A stretch of 64,000 nucleotides of DNA, taken from contig CBDCWC010000002.1 in the NCBI GenBank assembly GCA_965223295.1, positions 1,184,001 through 1,248,000 of the forward strand, written 5' to 3'. Positions 60,379 to 64,000 of this stretch are shown piece by piece (within the stretch, counting starts at the first letter, position 1; every line of letters begins with the position of its first letter). The notes under the pieces were generated by a model. That model was given only the letters and a program-made list of their open reading frames with translations, did no database searches and had not been told where the DNA came from. Source of the DNA: Nitrospirales bacterium. Lineage in GTDB: Bacteria; Nitrospirota; Nitrospiria; Nitrospirales; UBA8639. Position numbers and translations under genes: made by a program.

Positions 60379-61143
60379 TTATACAAGAAAGACGAACAGC
60401 GGAACACACAGCAAAAACAAAATTTCCACACCTTCGTTGATCGACCCAAGGATATCGCCCGTGATACCGCCTACTTTAGTGGTCATCCACCATGCGTACA
60501 ATCGAACAAGGAGGAATCCAAGACTCAACATAGCCACGGCGAGTACCGGCCTAAAAGCAGCACCAATACCAACACCTACAATACTTGTCGCGATGACAAT
60601 ATCAACGGCCGAGCAGTTCCTAATAAATGCTGCGGCCAGCCCTTCCACGCGAGGGTAAACAGACTTCCATATCCCTACGACCATAGACCAGCGCCCCATT
60701 GCAGGCATGCAAAACAACGCCAAGTCTCGAACCCCGCCAGGTAACGCCATGAGCCCAGCATATCGTAATCCAAGACTCAGCACCAATCCGGTGACCCCTA
60801 TTGCACCAACATGTGAATCACGAAAAATTTCTAAGCGGTGAGCAGGCGTAGTTCCACCAGCAAGGGCGTCTATCGTATCAGCCAATCCATCTTGATGAAG
60901 CCCGCCTGTCACAAGAACATAGAATAAAAGAATGAGAAGATTTAAGACCATGGGAGTGAAAACAGGTTCCAACGCATGATCCAAAATCACCAAGCCTAAA
61001 CCAAGAAGAAACCCCACAACAGGAAACCACCGAAGCGCAACAGCAAAGGTAGAAGGCATGATTTCAGGCATCAGCCTTGAAGGAAGAGGAATAATTGTCA
61101 GAAATTGCCAAGCTAAAGCCAACCCAGCCCAGGCATGTTTCAT
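60379..61143 (-). CDS. cobS: Cobalamin synthase
   Basis: QFLTIIP, TGGLHQDGLADTID, DSHVGAIG, GGITGDILG. Confidence 0.94.
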   Translation of the reverse strand: MKHAWAGLALAWQFLTIIPLPSRLMPEIMPSTFAVALRWFPVVGFLLGLGLVILDHALEPVFTPMVLNLLILLFYVLVTGGLHQDGLADTIDALAGGTTPAHRLEIFRDSHVGAIGVTGLVLSLGLRYAGLMALPGGVRDLALFCMPAMGRWSMVVGIWKSVYPRVEGLAAAFIRNCSAVDIVIATSIVGVGIGAAFRPVLAVAMLSLGFLLVRLYAWWMTTKVGGITGDILGSINEGVEILFLLCVPLFVFLV

Positions 61144-62228
61144 ACTGACTCCGGCAGGGACGCCTCGGCACCATCCACACCAGCACTATCAAACGTCGCC
61201 ATGTCCCTGAGACATGCCAAGCTCCCTTGCAAGAGTCCGATAGCTAAGCAAGCTCCTGTTCCTTCTCCAAGACGAAGATCTAAATCCAGCAACGGGCGTA
61301 AGTTCAAAGATTCCAGAACACAGCGATGGCCGGACTCTGCAGAACAATGGGACGGAATGACATAGTCATGGCAGACAGGAACTAAGCTTTGTGCCAAAAG
61401 CATCGCAGCCCCGGAAATAAACCCATCCAATACAACGGGAACGCGGCAAGCAGCCCCACCTAGAATCACTCCCACTAATCCTCCAATTTCAAATCCACCG
61501 ACTTTGGCAAGGACATCCACCGGATTATTGGCATCGGGCTGATTCCGGTGAATCCCTTGCTCAATAATGTGAACTTTTTGAGCAAGTCGCTCTGGATCAA
61601 CGCCCGTGCCTTTCCCCGTGAGATCCGCAACAGGTTTTCCCGTCGTCACCGCCGCAATCGCACTGCTAGAAGTGGTATTCCCAATCCCCATTTCTCCAAT
61701 ACCAATGACACCAAAACCATCAGTAACAGCATCTTGAGCGAGCCGAATACCGACATCAATACTTTGCAGGGCCTGTTCGTAGGACATAGCCGGCCTCTTG
61801 GCAAAATTCTTGGTTCCATAGTCAATCTTATGGATAAGCAATGCGGGAACATTCTCCAGATCAGATTGGACCCCCATATCCACAACTCGTACATCGGCAC
61901 CAACCTGTCGAGCCAAGACATTAATAGCGGCTCCACCATTCAGAAAATTCAACACCATTTGCGCCGTCACAGAAGAGGGATACGCACTCACACCTTCACG
62001 GGCTACCCCATGATCAGCCGCCAGGGTCAACACCACTGGCTTCGGCACACACGGTGGACACTCCTGAGAAATAGCCACAAACTGCATGGCGAGCTCTTCC
62101 AAGCGGCCCAAGCTGCCAACCGGCTTTGTGAGCTGATCCAATGCCTGATGGGCACGAACATTCCACTCCTGACTCACGGGTTGGATTGCAGCTATCGTTT
62201 CTTTAAGCAATGGAGAAAATAGTGGCAT
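61140..62228 (-). CDS. cobT: Nicotinate-nucleotide-dimethylbenzimidazole phosphoribosyltransferase
   Basis: LTKPVGSLGRLE, ADHGV, GEMGIGNTT, RLGEGTGA. Confidence 0.96.
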   Translation of the reverse strand: MPLFSPLLKETIAAIQPVSQEWNVRAHQALDQLTKPVGSLGRLEELAMQFVAISQECPPCVPKPVVLTLAADHGVAREGVSAYPSSVTAQMVLNFLNGGAAINVLARQVGADVRVVDMGVQSDLENVPALLIHKIDYGTKNFAKRPAMSYEQALQSIDVGIRLAQDAVTDGFGVIGIGEMGIGNTTSSSAIAAVTTGKPVADLTGKGTGVDPERLAQKVHIIEQGIHRNQPDANNPVDVLAKVGGFEIGGLVGVILGGAACRVPVVLDGFISGAAMLLAQSLVPVCHDYVIPSHCSAESGHRCVLESLNLRPLLDLDLRLGEGTGACLAIGLLQGSLACLRDMATFDSAGVDGAEASLPESV

Positions 62229-62232
62229 GATC

Positions 62233-62850
62233 TCATTTCAATCGAAGCGGTAGTCCACTCACGAGAAAATGGACGTCATCCGCCTCTGCCGCAATCATTT
62301 GATTCATTCGACCCGCTGCATCTCGAAACTCTCGACTAACCGCATCTCCTGGAACAAGACCCAATCCCAGTTCATTGCTGACCATGACAACCTGGCACGG
62401 ACAATTCCTGACGACTTGCAACAGTTTTTTTACATAAAAAGAGACCTGTTTGGGGCGAACCTTCTCCCGAAGAAGATTATTCAGCCATAGCGTTAAGCAA
62501 TCCACCACCACACAGGCATAATTTTCCCCATTCGCCTCAAACCATTCAGTTAACTGAGTAGGAATTTCATGGGTTGCCCACCTCTTCCCTCGCGATTGCT
62601 GATGCATTCGAATGCGACCTGCCATTTCTGCATCTAATGGTTCCGCAGTTGCCAGAAAAGCCCGAGGAGATTTGGCTTTTCCTTGTTGTAACGCAAACGA
62701 ACTTTTTCCCGACCGCGCTCCACCAAGGACAAAAATGAGTCTAGACTCTAGAATGTTCTTTTTCTGTTGTGGAAGAGGTGGAGACACCTTCGACTGACGG
62801 GAGCTCGAAATGATTCTTGACTGAGAAACCGATTGACGCACAGATGGCAT
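62233..62850 (-). CDS. cobU: Adenosylcobinamide kinase/guanylyltransferase
   Basis: LGGARSGKS, VDCLTLWL, VSNELGLG, FRDAAG..NQ. Confidence 0.95.
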   Translation of the reverse strand: MPSVRQSVSQSRIISSSRQSKVSPPLPQQKKNILESRLIFVLGGARSGKSSFALQQGKAKSPRAFLATAEPLDAEMAGRIRMHQQSRGKRWATHEIPTQLTEWFEANGENYACVVVDCLTLWLNNLLREKVRPKQVSFYVKKLLQVVRNCPCQVVMVSNELGLGLVPGDAVSREFRDAAGRMNQMIAAEADDVHFLVSGLPLRLK

Positions 62851-62875
62851 AACAAAACCTTATGCTCAGAAAGTC

Positions 62876-63475
62876 CTATTTCTTACTAGGGTGTTCTGGC
62901 TCCCGTTCCCATAACAACTCTGGCTCTCCCTGCTGTTTAGCCACCCAACGGGCAAAGACAAATAACGCATCACTTAGCCGATTGAGAAAAGTAACTAATT
63001 CCTTCTCGACTGATTCCTCCCTCGCCAAAGCGACACAGAGCCGTTCGGCTCGCCGACAAATAGTACGAGCCACATGAAGCAAGGCCGGAAGCTGCCCTCC
63101 TCCAGGTAAAATAAATTCTTTCAAAGGCGCAAGATCTTTTTGGCATTCATCAATTAAATGTTCTACATGGGCAATATCCGAAACTGTCACCGTAGGCATA
63201 TTCAAAAACGATTCCCCAGGAGCTGTGGCCAAAATCCCACCTAAATCGAATAATTTATTCTGCGTCCATTTCAGGATGGTTTCGAGTCGTTCAGAGGCCT
63301 TTGCATTAGGATTACTGGTTTCATTGAAGGCCCGGACCAGACCAAGCATGGAATTTAATTCGTCAACAGTCCCATAAGCATCTACCCGCACAGAATCCTT
63401 CCAGACTTCTTGTCCACCGGCCAACCGGGTTTTTCCGGCATCACCCGTCCGCGTATAGACTTTCGAAATTCGCAT
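62876..63475 (-). CDS. PduO-type cob(I)alamin adenosyltransferase
   Basis: KVYTRTGDAG.T, AYGTVDELNS, FILPGG, RTICRRAER, LNRLSD. Confidence 0.93.
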   Translation of the reverse strand: MRISKVYTRTGDAGKTRLAGGQEVWKDSVRVDAYGTVDELNSMLGLVRAFNETSNPNAKASERLETILKWTQNKLFDLGGILATAPGESFLNMPTVTVSDIAHVEHLIDECQKDLAPLKEFILPGGGQLPALLHVARTICRRAERLCVALAREESVEKELVTFLNRLSDALFVFARWVAKQQGEPELLWEREPEHPSKK

Positions 63476-63526
63476 CGTGTGCCTCTCCAGAAAAAGTTTT
63501 AAAACTTGCTGCTTCACCGTTTCGTG

Positions 63527-64000
63527 TCAAAACTCCACTCCTTTTTGAGCCTTAATACCCTTTCGAAACGGATGTTTGACCATCTTCATCTCTGAAACTA
63601 AATCAGCCACGTCGATAAGTTTGGTCTTCGCGCCTCTACCGGTTATGACTACATGCAGTCCAGAGGGACGTTTTTCCAGAGCATTCAAAACCTGCTCAAG
63701 TGAGACATACTCATGATGGATAGCAATATTCAGTTCATCCAGAACCACCATGCCAAATGTTGGATCCTGAAGAAACATTTCTACCTGAGCCCAAGCTTCT
63801 TGTGCCACAGCTTTGTCACGCTCGCGATCTTGCGTTTCCCAGGTATAGCCTTCTCCCATCCGAAGAAAGACAACTTGCTCACCAAAACTCTTGAGGATAC
63901 GTTCTTCTGCGGTATCAATCGCACCTTTGATAAATTGCACAATTGCAACCTTCATCCCATGACCAAGGCATCGGATCACCATACCTAAAGCCGCGGTAGT
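63527..64000 (-). CDS. cobO: CobO/BtuR-type cob(I)yrinate adenosyltransferase (5' end beyond window)
   Basis: TTAALGM, VQFIKG, VLDEL, VITGR, KHPF..GIKAQKGVEF. Confidence 0.92.
   Translation of the reverse strand, partial: TTAALGMVIRCLGHGMKVAIVQFIKGAIDTAEERILKSFGEQVVFLRMGEGYTWETQDRERDKAVAQEAWAQVEMFLQDPTFGMVVLDELNIAIHHEYVSLEQVLNALEKRPSGLHVVITGRGAKTKLIDVADLVSEMKMVKHPFRKGIKAQKGVEF

Overview
Bacterial chromosomal window; gene content and repeat style suggest a Nitrospirota-like organism (inference only). Almost all genes are on the minus strand. About 1-44.4 kb is a chemotaxis and flagellar supercluster: a sigma54 activator, TPR protein, FleS/FleR-like pair, flgBC-fliEFGHIJ-(MotE-like)-fliK-flgDE, fliLMNOPQR-flhBAFG-fliA, HDOD protein, a REC-PP2C / REC-kinase / STAS partner-switch trio, an atypical MCP, cheY, a four-helix-bundle gene, cheA, cheW, two MCPs, a c-type heme protein, DUF420 and partial cheR. 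About 45-64 kb holds lptD, folC, accD, moaCDEA, a DsrE-like gene, an ATP-grasp plus zinc-peptidase pair, an HNH nuclease, a Rieske ferredoxin and a cobalamin salvage operon. The most unusual signal is a dispersed family of degenerate 7-bp-periodic purine-arm/pyrimidine-arm elements (unit approx. AGTRARR / YYTYACT). They begin right after stop codons at many gene junctions of the motility cluster and bracket an AT-rich four-helix-bundle (IVS-protein/Avd-like) gene between cheY and cheA. All calls come from reading motifs by eye; no database searches were run.
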